From the sequence record NC_101838.1: a stretch of 64,000 nt of DNA. One strand, given 5' to 3'. The translations under genes and the position numbers were made by a program. Within the stretch, counting starts at the first letter, position 1, and each line of letters starts with the position of its first letter. The notes under the pieces are model-generated. The model was not told the DNA's origin. It ran no database searches and saw only the letters and a list, made by a program, of their open reading frames with translations. Origin of the DNA: a phage. Positions 48,960 to 57,255 of the stretch are shown here, one piece after another.

Positions 48960-49358
48960 ATGAAAACCACTACCTTTAATTTTGATAATGCGGACTTTTC
49001 TTTTTCTGATGTCAAGAACTGCCGCCGTGATCGTGGATTTTACAAGGCTTATAATCTGGTGGGCCTGGACGATGACAATAATTTGCACGAAGTAGCTGAG
49101 ATCCGGTATTATGCCGCCGTCAGCGGGAACACTCACTACTGCGTGTTTTGGATTCACGACAACAAGAACAATAAGTACGGTTATACTGGCGGCAAGGCGA
49201 GCGGTCACGGTTACGATAAAGCTAACGCAGCACTTGAGAGCGCATTAAATGCTATGGGGATCACTGCCGACGGCTGGATCTACGAAGAAGAGTTTTTGTC
49301 GGCACTTGCTGACCACCTGGGCTATAAAAAACACATTGTAACATGCGCCCACGAATAA
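48960..49358 (+). CDS. hypothetical protein (132 aa)
   Basis: AAGAGGA SD; own promoter. Confidence 0.55.
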   Translation: MKTTTFNFDNADFSFSDVKNCRRDRGFYKAYNLVGLDDDNNLHEVAEIRYYAAVSGNTHYCVFWIHDNKNNKYGYTGGKASGHGYDKANAALESALNAMGITADGWIYEEEFLSALADHLGYKKHIVTCAHE

Positions 49359-49364
49359 AAATCA

Positions 49365-49392
49365 TTGACACGCTGCAAAATTTAAGTAAACT
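49365..49392 (+). promoter_or_regulatory. sigma70-like promoter followed by 5' leader hairpin
   Basis: TTGACA - 16 nt - TAAACT; GGCGGGAA-TGT-TTCCCGCC hairpin at 49403-49421. Confidence 0.45.
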
Positions 49393-49440
49393 AGACACAA
49401 AAGGCGGGAATGTTTCCCGCCAGCACAAAGGAAAAAGATC

Positions 49441-49836
49441 ATGAATAAGAACGTACGCCGCATCATGAACGAACTGGCAAACGATGAAAAAATTATTGAT
49501 ATGCATTTGGTCAACATTTGCCGCCGTTGTGTAACATATAACAACCGCGCCGCAAAAGCGCGTGAGATGAACGCAAAAGGCACCTTAAAGCCCTTTCAGG
49601 TGGTTGTAAAATCTATAACTAGCGCAGCAGGCCAGGCGCAGGACCACAACAACGAGAGCGCTAATATTGATCCGTCTTACGTAATGAAACGGATCCGGAC
49701 TTGCAAGAATAAAGAGCAGGTATATAACGTCATAGATTGGCTGGACTCCCTGGGCGATGTGGTTTACAATAGGTTTTCTGCAGCTATCGAGATCCAGCTT
49801 GACAGATTGGACGGGAAAGTACTAAAAACTTATTGA
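49441..49836 (+). CDS. hypothetical protein (131 aa)
   Basis: AAAGGAAAAAG SD-like; ORF track. Confidence 0.55.
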   Translation: MNKNVRRIMNELANDEKIIDMHLVNICRRCVTYNNRAAKAREMNAKGTLKPFQVVVKSITSAAGQAQDHNNESANIDPSYVMKRIRTCKNKEQVYNVIDWLDSLGDVVYNRFSAAIEIQLDRLDGKVLKTY

Positions 49837-49838
49837 GT

Positions 49839-49883
49839 TTATTTTTAGATGGCCTTGACACCAGGGCCATCAATAAAGTAAAC
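49839..49883 (+). promoter_or_regulatory. 45-bp conserved element copy 1 (palindrome GATGGCC-N10-GGCCATC with TTGACA in loop)
   Basis: TTATTTTTAGATGGCCTTGACACCAGGGCCATCAATAAAGTAAAC; near-identical at 50460 and 54194. Confidence 0.5.
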
Positions 49884-49916
49884 TAACCACAGTTGAGCGG
49901 AAAAGGAGGCTTAAAG

Positions 49917-50036
49917 ATGAGCACTACACGCCAGCACACAAAGGTAACCATCATCGTTTGCATCATTGGGTACATCCTGGCGCAAATGTTGATGGGTAGC
50001 GCCAACGGTGTCGCAAAATTTTTCTTAAACTTTTAA
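49917..50036 (+). CDS. small hydrophobic protein (39 aa), not in ORF track
   Basis: ATG 6 nt after AAGGAGG; predicted single transmembrane helix. Confidence 0.4.
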   Translation: MSTTRQHTKVTIIVCIIGYILAQMLMGSANGVAKFFLNF

Positions 50037-50064
50037 TTGACAAGCTAACTTAAATCGATATAAT
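50037..50064 (+). promoter_or_regulatory. sigma70 consensus promoter followed by 5' leader hairpin
   Basis: TTGACA - 16 nt - TATAAT; GGGAA-AAC-TTCCC hairpin at 50077-50089. Confidence 0.6.
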
Positions 50065-50115
50065 AAGCACATAAACGGGAAAACTTCCCAGAACACACAA
50101 AAGGAGAAAAACACC

Positions 50116-50457
50116 ATGACTACTATGACCGCCTCAGAAAAAGCTATGCAGATCGCTGAACTGAAAAAACAGATCGCAGACCTTGAGAATAAGATCGATA
50201 ACTTTGAAATCGACGAGGACAAGTACGACGAAAACTATGATGAATGGTTAGACGAGATCTACGGCGAAATTATGATCGGAAACATTTCTTTTCTTCCGTC
50301 GCGTATCCTCAAGGAGCTAGATCCTATCGCTTACCGCTGCGGATTTAGCGACTACATCGACAGCCTGGATATTGAGGACGATGAAGAATACCAGGAATTA
50401 CAGACAGAGTTAGAAGAAGCAAAAGAAGAGCTTGCGGAGCTGGAAGAAAACGAGTAA
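50116..50457 (+). CDS. highly acidic small protein (113 aa)
   Basis: AAAAGGAGA SD; roughly 30 percent Asp+Glu, predicted coiled coil. Confidence 0.55.
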   Translation: MTTMTASEKAMQIAELKKQIADLENKIDNFEIDEDKYDENYDEWLDEIYGEIMIGNISFLPSRILKELDPIAYRCGFSDYIDSLDIEDDEEYQELQTELEEAKEELAELEENE

Positions 50458-50459
50458 GC

Positions 50460-50504
50460 TTATTTTTAGATGGCCTTGACACCAGGGCCATCAATAAAGT
50501 AAAC
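50460..50504 (+). promoter_or_regulatory. 45-bp conserved element copy 2
   Basis: Identical to copy 1 across about 44 nt. Confidence 0.5.
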
Positions 50505-50546
50505 TTTATACTGTTAACACTGAACTAATGCATAGGAGTTAAAACC

Positions 50547-50792
50547 ATGGCAGCACTAATCACCAAATATTATGCCCCTACCAACACCAAAAGCGCCCGT
50601 ATCATGGTAAAAGGCTTCGGACGTAAAAAGGTGTACACCTGGGATTATGCCTTAGACATGGAAGACAACTACACCAACGCAATGACCGATTTTATTAATG
50701 AACTAAATAAGCAGATCTTGACAAGTTATAAAGTGACCGATATTGCTTATATAGGTGAAGGCGGGATCTGTTTTGTAGGCATTGTGAAATAG
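50547..50792 (+). CDS. hypothetical protein (81 aa)
   Basis: TAGGAG SD. Confidence 0.5.
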   Translation: MAALITKYYAPTNTKSARIMVKGFGRKKVYTWDYALDMEDNYTNAMTDFINELNKQILTSYKVTDIAYIGEGGICFVGIVK

Positions 50793-50866
50793 TTATTTTT
50801 TCGGTGGTCCTGGCTGCAGGGCCATCTATAAAGATAATTTATCAACACCATGAAAGGAGAAAGTAC

Positions 50867-51220
50867 ATGATCAGCGGGGCTAGTTTTATTATTGGCGCTA
50901 TTGCTACGGCTTTAATTGTAAACAAGATCCAATCTAAAAACGAAAAAGATAGCAACGCGCTCACAGAATACCCATTTTGGGTATTCAACGACAACGAAGA
51001 CTACATAATCAAGTACAAAGATGAGAGAGGCGACCAGGTAACACCGCGACCGATCCCAGCTTACAAGATGCAGGAAACACTATACCGCCTAAAGGCCGGA
51101 GGCGCAAAGATCGTAGACTTTTGGGGATATGATTGCAAGGATCAGGAGGTCATAAAACGTCGTATCCGGGCGATTCAGGCAAATATTGAAATTAGTAAAG
51201 GGGAAATTTATGAAAATTAA
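50867..51220 (+). CDS. membrane protein (117 aa)
   Basis: ATG after GAAAGGAGAAAG; N-terminal transmembrane helix. Confidence 0.5.
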   Translation: MISGASFIIGAIATALIVNKIQSKNEKDSNALTEYPFWVFNDNEDYIIKYKDERGDQVTPRPIPAYKMQETLYRLKAGGAKIVDFWGYDCKDQEVIKRRIRAIQANIEISKGEIYEN

Positions 51221-51407
51221 TTTCGAAAAAATTGTAAAGCGCCCCCACGATTCCGAAGAGCTGCCGGAACGCCGCCAGCGTAACAATAAACTGAATAAAC
51301 CGAAAAGGTTCGGGAAGATCTGGAGGAATCACTATGATCGCAAATTACCGGGCCTGCTTTTGGAACGTGAACGACAGGCGGAACGATACCGCCACAAAGG
51401 CAAATAA
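51210..51407 (+). CDS. small basic protein (65 aa)
   Basis: ATG after AAAGGGGA, overlaps upstream gene end. Confidence 0.35.
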   Translation: MKINFEKIVKRPHDSEELPERRQRNNKLNKPKRFGKIWRNHYDRKLPGLLLERERQAERYRHKGK

Positions 51408-51415
51408 CAACCAAC

Positions 51416-51442
51416 GCCCCGCCATTGTGCGGGGCTTTTTAT
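51416..51442 (+). terminator. intrinsic terminator
   Basis: GCCCCGC-CATTGT-GCGGGGC followed by TTTTTATTT. Confidence 0.55.
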
Positions 51443-51577
51443 TTCTATCCTACGAATAGCGCCCCTGGTTGGCCCCACAAACGCCACAAAAGCCCCTACC
51501 TATGCAATCCCCTTTCTTAGCCTGAAAACATCACCCAGGACCGTTTTATGGTGTTAAAAATATCTTTTATTTAAAGC

Positions 51578-51606
51578 TTGACACCTTGGAATCGCCTGGA
51601 TATACT
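51578..51606 (+). promoter_or_regulatory. sigma70-like promoter
   Basis: TTGACA - 17 nt - TATACT. Confidence 0.5.
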
Positions 51607-51641
51607 AACCACATCAAAGCAAGAAGAAAGGAGTAAACGCC

Positions 51642-51902
51642 ATGCGTAAATTAAAAAATTTTGATAAAGTCGATGTTGTCCTGAATAATTTTTACTACTG
51701 CAATAATAAGGCCGTTTGGTGGCGTGATAGTTCCACCGATAAAGTTAAAGCGCGCTTTCTCCAGGGGCACTGGCAAGGCCGCCCAGTGATTAAGATCCGG
51801 GGGCAATTGGTAGCGTTTAAAAATTGCCGCCGTGTTGATGACGTTGAAGAGATTCTAAACATTTTACGCCACAATAATTTAAAAAATAGTGTTGACAAGT
51901 AA
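51642..51902 (+). CDS. hypothetical protein (86 aa)
   Basis: AAAGGAG SD. Confidence 0.5.
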   Translation: MRKLKNFDKVDVVLNNFYYCNNKAVWWRDSSTDKVKARFLQGHWQGRPVIKIRGQLVAFKNCRRVDDVEEILNILRHNNLKNSVDK

Positions 51903-51919
51903 GCCTCAATAAGTATACT
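51892..51919 (+). promoter_or_regulatory. sigma70-like promoter followed by 5' leader hairpin
   Basis: TTGACA - 16 nt - TATACT overlapping upstream stop; GGCGGGAA-AAC-TTCCCGCC at 51930-51948. Confidence 0.5.
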
Positions 51920-51976
51920 TAAACACACAGGCGGGAAAACTTCCCGCCACTAACAAAGAAAATAGGAGAAAATATC

Positions 51977-52600
51977 ATGACCACCGTTAACATTACCGCA
52001 GGTTACAATTTATCTTTCGACGTGCTGACCGACGAACAAAAAGAAAAAGCCGTTGAAATGGTCCGCGAAAGAGAAGAACACAGCGGGGATAACTTTTTTG
52101 CAGAAAGTGTAATTGAATACTATAAAGAATATGTTTTTCCAGAGTATGGCCTTGAAGATACCGAAGTACATTGGTCAGGCTTTTGGTGCCAGGGTGACGG
52201 CGCGTCAATCAGTGCTGAAAACGTGGATTTAGAAAAATTTTTGCGTAAAGTAAAGGCCCTGACCAAGTTCCGATCAATTCGTCACTTGTTCGGCACAATG
52301 CACGATGGCGAGTTATCAGCCAGTGTTGAGCGTGATCCATATAGCCGCTATAGTCACGAAAACACTGTAAGCGGATACATTGATACCACCTGGCTAGATC
52401 TGACCGCCAAACAAGAAAACAAAGTGGAAGACCTGGAAGAGCTGATCACCGAGACGGTACGGGAGCTATCCCGCAAGGTTTACGTAGACCTGGAGGAGGC
52501 CTATCTTGAACAGTTTACTACCGAAAACCTGATCGGCCTTATTGAGGCCAATGATTGGCGGTTTGATGTGGATGAATATGGCGAGATGACTTTTTCATAA
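51977..52600 (+). CDS. acidic hypothetical protein (207 aa)
   Basis: ATAGGAGA SD; ORF track. Confidence 0.55.
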   Translation: MTTVNITAGYNLSFDVLTDEQKEKAVEMVREREEHSGDNFFAESVIEYYKEYVFPEYGLEDTEVHWSGFWCQGDGASISAENVDLEKFLRKVKALTKFRSIRHLFGTMHDGELSASVERDPYSRYSHENTVSGYIDTTWLDLTAKQENKVEDLEELITETVRELSRKVYVDLEEAYLEQFTTENLIGLIEANDWRFDVDEYGEMTFS

Positions 52601-52608
52601 ATAAAGTG

Positions 52609-52636
52609 TTGCAATAACCTAAAAACCTGCTATATT
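52609..52636 (+). promoter_or_regulatory. sigma70-like promoter followed by 5' leader hairpin
   Basis: TTGCAA - 16 nt - TATATT; GGGGCAA-GACGT-TTGCCCC at 52647-52665. Confidence 0.45.
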
Positions 52637-52689
52637 AAAACTCAAGGGGGCAAGACGTTTGCCCCACACAAAACAAAGAGGAAAACATT

Positions 52690-53070
52690 ATGAAAAACAC
52701 TACCAAGGCTATTGACACCGTTATGTTTAACCTGGTTACATTCCGTGAAGATATGAAAGATCTTCCACGTGAAACAGTGTGCGATCACATTGAAAACTAT
52801 CGCAAACTAATCAAAGAGTTGCCCCTAAAACGTGACCAGTATGCGGCTAACGCTATGCTCAACGCCATGATCAAAAAGATGATCCAGTGTGATTTAACCC
52901 TGGCCTATGACTATGCGGGTGGTCGTTTTGCAGTATACAATCAGCCCGTGCCTGGTATGGGCACCACCGAAGAATTGCACGCGCTCAATCTAAAACAAGA
53001 CGTATGGGATAACATGCCCCGCGTGGTGGTGTGGGCAGAAAGCGGAAAGATTTACGGCGATAATTTTTAA
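52690..53070 (+). CDS. hypothetical protein (126 aa)
   Basis: AAAGAGGA SD. Confidence 0.55.
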   Translation: MKNTTKAIDTVMFNLVTFREDMKDLPRETVCDHIENYRKLIKELPLKRDQYAANAMLNAMIKKMIQCDLTLAYDYAGGRFAVYNQPVPGMGTTEELHALNLKQDVWDNMPRVVVWAESGKIYGDNF

Positions 53071-53079
53071 TCAGGTAAC

Positions 53080-53106
53080 AGGCGGCAAATATGCCGCCTT
53101 ATTGTT
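53080..53106 (+). terminator. putative intrinsic terminator
   Basis: AGGCGGCA-AATA-TGCCGCCT followed by TATTGTT. Confidence 0.45.
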
Positions 53107-53134
53107 AAACAGAACTGCAAAAGAGGTACATAGA

Positions 53135-53506
53135 ATGGAATTTATTATTTTGGCTGTAGTAGTTGCCTTGTTCAACGCCTGGATCGCTGGCAAGATGGGT
53201 AGATCCGCCTTTTTATGGTTTATTATATCTATTTTCCTGGGGGTGGTTGCAACTATTGTACTTGTTATCCTTGCAATTGTTGACAAGGGGAATAATAGAA
53301 AGGGTAAAGTATTTTCAGACCTGTACGACGCTCAAACGTTTGTCAACGCCTATTATAGTGATCTTCCAGTCTCCCTACGCTGCAGCCTGGCACAACAAGT
53401 TTTCGATGAGGCTAAAACCAGAGATCAAGCCCATGAGATATGTTTAACTGAGGCGGATCGCCTATTTGAGAGGAATAGAAAATATGTGGGCCAACCGTTT
53501 AAATAA
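53135..53506 (+). CDS. membrane protein (123 aa)
   Basis: ATG after AAAGAGG; two hydrophobic helices. Confidence 0.5.
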   Translation: MEFIILAVVVALFNAWIAGKMGRSAFLWFIISIFLGVVATIVLVILAIVDKGNNRKGKVFSDLYDAQTFVNAYYSDLPVSLRCSLAQQVFDEAKTRDQAHEICLTEADRLFERNRKYVGQPFK

Positions 53507-53725
53507 TGCCACGTTAATTAATCCCTTTAGTGAAGATTTGAAGCCAGCCGCCTGGCGTGATGGATTCAATAACGAACGCTTTATTTTCAAGCCTGATCTT
53601 GAGGAATTTTATAACAATGGATCGAACAACGACAGAGATAATTTTTCTTGTGGTGTGCGTAGTGATGGTACTCCTGGGGGCCATTGTAAACCACGTCACT
53701 ACTAACAGGGGGAAAGGGGGAGACG

Positions 53726-53845
53726 ATGACACCCAAGGATAAGCCCCGCACCGATAAGGCGCGCCGTGTTATGGTATGGCTTGAGATCATCGCCCTTGAA
53801 ATATTGTTAGGGGTAGGGATGTACTTTATCGCTGTAAGTAACTAA
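53726..53845 (+). CDS. small membrane protein (39 aa), not in ORF track
   Basis: ATG after GGGGGAGACG; hydrophobic C-terminal half. Confidence 0.35.
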   Translation: MTPKDKPRTDKARRVMVWLEIIALEILLGVGMYFIAVSN

Positions 53846-53849
53846 GAAC

Positions 53850-53878
53850 GGCCCCCCGATCATGGGGGCCTATCTTTT
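53850..53878 (+). terminator. intrinsic terminator
   Basis: GGCCCCC-CGATCAT-GGGGGCC followed by TATCTTTT and an A14 tract. Confidence 0.55.
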
Positions 53879-53905
53879 AAAAAAAAAAAAAATTCTTCCG
53901 GGGTG

Positions 53906-53934
53906 TTGCAATCCGGTCCGGAATGTGGATAATA
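53906..53934 (+). promoter_or_regulatory. sigma70-like promoter followed by leader hairpin
   Basis: TTGCAA - 16/17 nt - GATAAT; GGGGA-GCTAA-TCCCC downstream. Confidence 0.4.
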
Positions 53935-53989
53935 ACAATCAACGGGGAGCTAATCCCCACCACCACAAAAACCAGAAAGGAGAAACAAA

Positions 53990-54190
53990 ATGAGCAACAA
54001 TATCCGCGTTATTAACTTCAAAAAAGAAGAAAAAATTGCCGTGCTGATTGACGGTCAAGAAATCTTCAAGGGCGACTATGAAGATCATCAAACGGCGATT
54101 AGTATCACTCGCGTGATTGGTTACCATAATTTTTACCCCCAAGGCGCTGAGGCAGCGGTTAAACGAATCAAAGAGATTGTAGGCCTGTAA
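53990..54190 (+). CDS. hypothetical protein (66 aa)
   Basis: AAAGGAGAAA SD. Confidence 0.5.
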   Translation: MSNNIRVINFKKEEKIAVLIDGQEIFKGDYEDHQTAISITRVIGYHNFYPQGAEAAVKRIKEIVGL

Positions 54191-54193
54191 AAT

Positions 54194-54236
54194 TTATTTT
54201 TAGATGGCCTTGACTCCAGGGCCATCAATAAAGTAA
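54194..54236 (+). promoter_or_regulatory. 45-bp conserved element copy 3
   Basis: TTATTTTTAGATGGCCTTGACTCCAGGGCCATCAATAAAGTAAA, one mismatch to copies 1 and 2. Confidence 0.5.
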
Positions 54237-54284
54237 ATTTAAACCCTGTTAAAAATACCACGCAGTTAACAAGGAGTGATAGAC

Positions 54285-54584
54285 ATGTTTATCCAGGCTA
54301 ATAATCTTTATTTCTTTGATGGTCAGATCGTAGACGGTGTGGAAGTGGAGATCACCGGGTGCCCTGGCGGTCAGGCTATGACTTTTCGGAATAATGCCTT
54401 TGATGATTCTCATATCGTTATGAGAATGGAAGTTACGAAGCTGGACGACAAGAAAACACTTATTGACTATTCTGTGAAAGATCATCCAGACTACCGCATG
54501 ATCCATGGCGATTTGTGCATTGTTGACCGTGACAAGGTGGGCGGCATTGTGATCGCTATTGTGAACGATGTTTTCTCAAACTAA
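54285..54584 (+). CDS. hypothetical protein (99 aa)
   Basis: ATG after AAGGAG. Confidence 0.5.
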   Translation: MFIQANNLYFFDGQIVDGVEVEITGCPGGQAMTFRNNAFDDSHIVMRMEVTKLDDKKTLIDYSVKDHPDYRMIHGDLCIVDRDKVGGIVIAIVNDVFSN

Positions 54585-54601
54585 TTTCAGCAGGTGATTT
54601 T

Positions 54602-54952
54602 ATGAAAGTCAAACTATATTACCTTAATGAGCTTAACCCCCTTGCCCAGGTCCGCGCCCTAGCTAATACCTTGATTTGTGAGAAATCTGCATATTGTGTT
54701 GAGCTTAACGCCATGCGTGAACGTCTCAAAGGGGGTTACTTTGACATCCATGCTGCAATCAACGGCCTGAATATGGAATTTATACGCTTACGTAACAGCC
54801 GCCGGAATCTGGCAAGAATGGAACAAGATCCGGCCCACCTTCGTAAGCTGGTTATTGAAAATCATCTGATGTTTAATGCCGAGGGTGATTATTACCATTT
54901 TCACCGCAAACGCTGGTACCGTGGCGGCAATACAGGCAAGAATGCAAAATAA
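54602..54952 (+). CDS. hypothetical basic protein (116 aa)
   Basis: ORF track. Confidence 0.5.
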   Translation: MKVKLYYLNELNPLAQVRALANTLICEKSAYCVELNAMRERLKGGYFDIHAAINGLNMEFIRLRNSRRNLARMEQDPAHLRKLVIENHLMFNAEGDYYHFHRKRWYRGGNTGKNAK

Positions 54953-54987
54953 GGCCCCAGGCAGGGCCTGCAGCGATATAATCACAT

Positions 54988-55021
54988 AAAGGCTATGCGG
55001 TTGCATGGCCTTTATTATTTT
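54988..55021 (+). terminator. putative intrinsic terminator
   Basis: AAAGGCTATGC-GGTT-GCATGGCCTTT followed by ATTATTTT. Confidence 0.45.
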
Positions 55022-55072
55022 AGCGTTACAGCGGCCCCAAGGCGCTTAAAAAAAAAATTTTTAAAGAAGTAC

Positions 55073-55101
55073 TTGCATCAAGTCCTACAATATGGATAAT
55101 A
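55073..55101 (+). promoter_or_regulatory. sigma70-like promoter followed by G-rich leader hairpin
   Basis: TTGCAT - 16/17 nt - GATAAT; GGGGGGCGGCCCCC downstream. Confidence 0.4.
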
Positions 55102-55157
55102 GGACGTGTCAGGGGGGCGGCCCCCAATCATTAACCGGATAGATAGGAGTTAAAATC

Positions 55158-55442
55158 ATGACTATTGTCACCGTTGGCGATGTAGTGGAAATGGAAGCAA
55201 AATACTTAAAAGCGGGTATGCATATCCTACGGAATGATCAAGAATTGTTATTAACGATGGTAGACTATAATCCCGGCCAGGATTATCCAAGCATCGACTA
55301 CTTTTTTGAGTATGTTGATGAAGAATTGAAAGAGGATGAGGCTTATCAGGGTGAATTCTGCAATTTCTTTTGCCCTGATGAGGTTGTAAAAGTTATCTAT
55401 CAACCTGGAGTACCTTTCCCGCTGCACGCTATCAATAAATAA
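55158..55442 (+). CDS. hypothetical acidic protein (94 aa)
   Basis: TAGGAG SD. Confidence 0.5.
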   Translation: MTIVTVGDVVEMEAKYLKAGMHILRNDQELLLTMVDYNPGQDYPSIDYFFEYVDEELKEDEAYQGEFCNFFCPDEVVKVIYQPGVPFPLHAINK

Positions 55443-55496
55443 ACCTGGTGGGGCCGAAAAGGCCCCAATTATGAAAATAAAGAGAGGTAAATCATC

Positions 55497-55730
55497 ATGA
55501 TGGAACAAATTAAACGCGCTGAGTCTATTAATGGCAATGTGATCTATTTTGTCAGCAAAAACGAAAAAGGCGTACCATATGCGGCGGTAATAGTACAACC
55601 TGACGGCGATTATTGGTTTACTGTATACGGATCTTATTCTTTCGGGCGTCCGGTTCATGATAGAATTTTGAAAGTAGCAAATCCGACCGGGAAAAATATC
55701 ACAGCAGAAAAATTTTTTGAAAATAGTTGA
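55497..55730 (+). CDS. hypothetical protein (77 aa)
   Basis: AGAGAGG SD. Confidence 0.5.
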   Translation: MMEQIKRAESINGNVIYFVSKNEKGVPYAAVIVQPDGDYWFTVYGSYSFGRPVHDRILKVANPTGKNITAEKFFENS

Positions 55731-55754
55731 CATGACCATATAAGACTGTAATAT
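55727..55754 (+). promoter_or_regulatory. sigma70-like promoter followed by G-rich leader hairpin
   Basis: TTGACA - 16 nt - TAATAT overlapping upstream stop; GGGGC-AACAA-GCCCC downstream. Confidence 0.5.
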
Positions 55755-55807
55755 ATAAATCAAAGGGGGGGCAACAAGCCCCACCAACCACAAAGAGGAT
55801 AAAAATC

Positions 55808-55987
55808 ATGGCTATTATTGCAAAGACTGAGATCGTAGGCTTAGATTCTATTCTCCTCGCATATGAGGAAGCTATAGAAATGTATGTGGTTTCCTATGGT
55901 GAGTATATTCGTGAATATAAATCTATTGATCTGGCTTTTGAATGTTATATTCGCCAGGTTAATAAAGCGTACGATGATTATCGTTAA
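55808..55987 (+). CDS. small hypothetical protein (59 aa), not in ORF track
   Basis: ATG after AAAGAGGA; open for 59 codons. Confidence 0.4.
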   Translation: MAIIAKTEIVGLDSILLAYEEAIEMYVVSYGEYIREYKSIDLAFECYIRQVNKAYDDYR

Positions 55988-56077
55988 AATAGTTTGACAA
56001 CAAACAACCATCTAACAAAGCATAATACATAAGGCGGTGGAATGGTCCGCCACCTGGAACAAGAAGAGGAAAACAAG

Positions 56078-56182
56078 ATGAAACAGAAATTAATTGATGC
56101 GGTGATCCTGGTTATTGCCCTGGGTATTGGCCTGATTGCAACCATGGCTAATATGATCTTGTCTTCCAACGGTATCGGGTGA
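56078..56182 (+). CDS. small membrane peptide (34 aa), not in ORF track
   Basis: ATG after AAGAAGAGGA; single hydrophobic helix. Confidence 0.3.
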   Translation: MKQKLIDAVILVIALGIGLIATMANMILSSNGIG

Positions 56183-56191
56183 GGTTGGCAA

Positions 56192-56407
56192 ATGATCACT
56201 AACAAAACAGGCAAAACAGAATTTTTACGCAACTTACAGATCGGTAAGTCTGAGATCTGGTATTGCACTAAAACACCCCGTGACGAAATGAAAGACTTCA
56301 CCGCCACGCTGCAACGGGTAAAGATATCCATCACGCAGAAAAAGGCCTTACTAGTGGTGGAAGGTGAGATCCCCCAAACCGTTGTTATAGTTGAGCGTAC
56401 AGCATAG
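56192..56407 (+). CDS. hypothetical protein (71 aa)
   Basis: ORF track. Confidence 0.45.
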   Translation: MITNKTGKTEFLRNLQIGKSEIWYCTKTPRDEMKDFTATLQRVKISITQKKALLVVEGEIPQTVVIVERTA

Positions 56408-56498
56408 TTTAATTTATACAGATACCTTAAAATTAACCAACAAAGCATAAACAGGCGGTTACCGCCGCCTTAAACGTAGCAGAAAGAGGATAGACACA

Positions 56499-56783
56499 AT
56501 GAAAAAGATGATCGCAGTTGTTGCCCTGGTTGTTGGACTTAATGCGCCTGTAATGGCTAAAGAGCTGGCAAAAGAGGTTAATCTAACGGATATTCATGCC
56601 GTCAATCAAATAGGGGTTACTTATCGCTTATGCCTTGCCGCTAAAACTTTTAAGGACGGCACAACAGAGTACTACGGCTTCGAGGGTGTCCGGTGCGGTG
56701 AACTTGCTCGCGACCTTAAAGAAGATCCAGACCTGGAAGATCTGCCCATCACCGTAAATGGTAAAGCTTACGTAAACCGTTAA
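56499..56783 (+). CDS. secreted/periplasmic small protein (94 aa)
   Basis: Signal peptide MKKMIAVVALVVGLNAPVMA; AAAGAGGA SD. Confidence 0.5.
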   Translation: MKKMIAVVALVVGLNAPVMAKELAKEVNLTDIHAVNQIGVTYRLCLAAKTFKDGTTEYYGFEGVRCGELARDLKEDPDLEDLPITVNGKAYVNR

Positions 56784-56785
56784 CC

Positions 56786-56920
56786 ATGAGAAAGATAATC
56801 ATCACCTTGGGGATTGTGGCGGGATCGCTGGCGCTCTTTCTCCTTATGGTTAGGTATGTGCTGATCGGTATTGTCCTGGTAGTCAGCGATCTGTTGGAAA
56901 CGGTTGGCACCTTGTTTTAA
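56786..56920 (+). CDS. small membrane protein (44 aa), not in ORF track
   Basis: ATG 2 nt after upstream stop; hydrophobic. Confidence 0.3.
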   Translation: MRKIIITLGIVAGSLALFLLMVRYVLIGIVLVVSDLLETVGTLF

Positions 56921-56932
56921 AGAGCGGTAAAA

Positions 56933-57124
56933 ATGAATATCGAACAAGTTAGAAAGGTATTGGCGGTACTGCGTTATCATAATCATAGAAAGGTCATAGA
57001 CGATCCTGATTATGTCGATTCAAGCCTGGAAGGGGATACACTACAAGCCATAAGTAACATGCAAGAATTGCTAAAGCGCATGACAGAGAAAAACCGACCG
57101 GACTACATAGGCGAAAAAATATAA
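56933..57124 (+). CDS. hypothetical protein (63 aa)
   Basis: ORF track. Confidence 0.45.
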   Translation: MNIEQVRKVLAVLRYHNHRKVIDDPDYVDSSLEGDTLQAISNMQELLKRMTEKNRPDYIGEKI

Positions 57125-57138
57125 TCCTTATAAACTAC

Positions 57139-57168
57139 AAAACAGGGCTTGCAATGGTCCTGTTTTTT
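57139..57168 (+). terminator. intrinsic terminator
   Basis: AAAACAGG - 12 nt loop - CCTGTTTT followed by TTTGTTA. Confidence 0.5.
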
Positions 57169-57185
57169 GTTATACTTGTTTCACG

Positions 57186-57233
57186 GCAGGCACCTGGCGA
57201 CGGGGGGGGGAGACAATCACCGGGTGTGCCTGC
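57186..57233. repeat. GC-rich inverted-repeat element with G9 tract (inverted copy of the 48.1/48.25 kb elements)
   Basis: GCAGGCAC...GGGGGGGGGAGACAATCACCGGG...GTGCCTGC; its reverse complement matches 48103-48119 exactly over 17 nt and 48243-48270 closely. Confidence 0.5.
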
Positions 57234-57255
57234 TATATAAAAACTATAAAAACCG

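Noticed and set aside
49839-49883. 45-bp repeated element as a rho-independent terminator
   Set aside because: The T-run lies 5' of the stem on the + strand and no U-run follows the hairpin on either strand; it was annotated as a regulatory palindrome instead.
51977-52600. ArdA-like antirestriction protein
   Set aside because: Only general acidity and size resemble ArdA; no convincing motif-level match when read by eye, so left as an acidic hypothetical protein.
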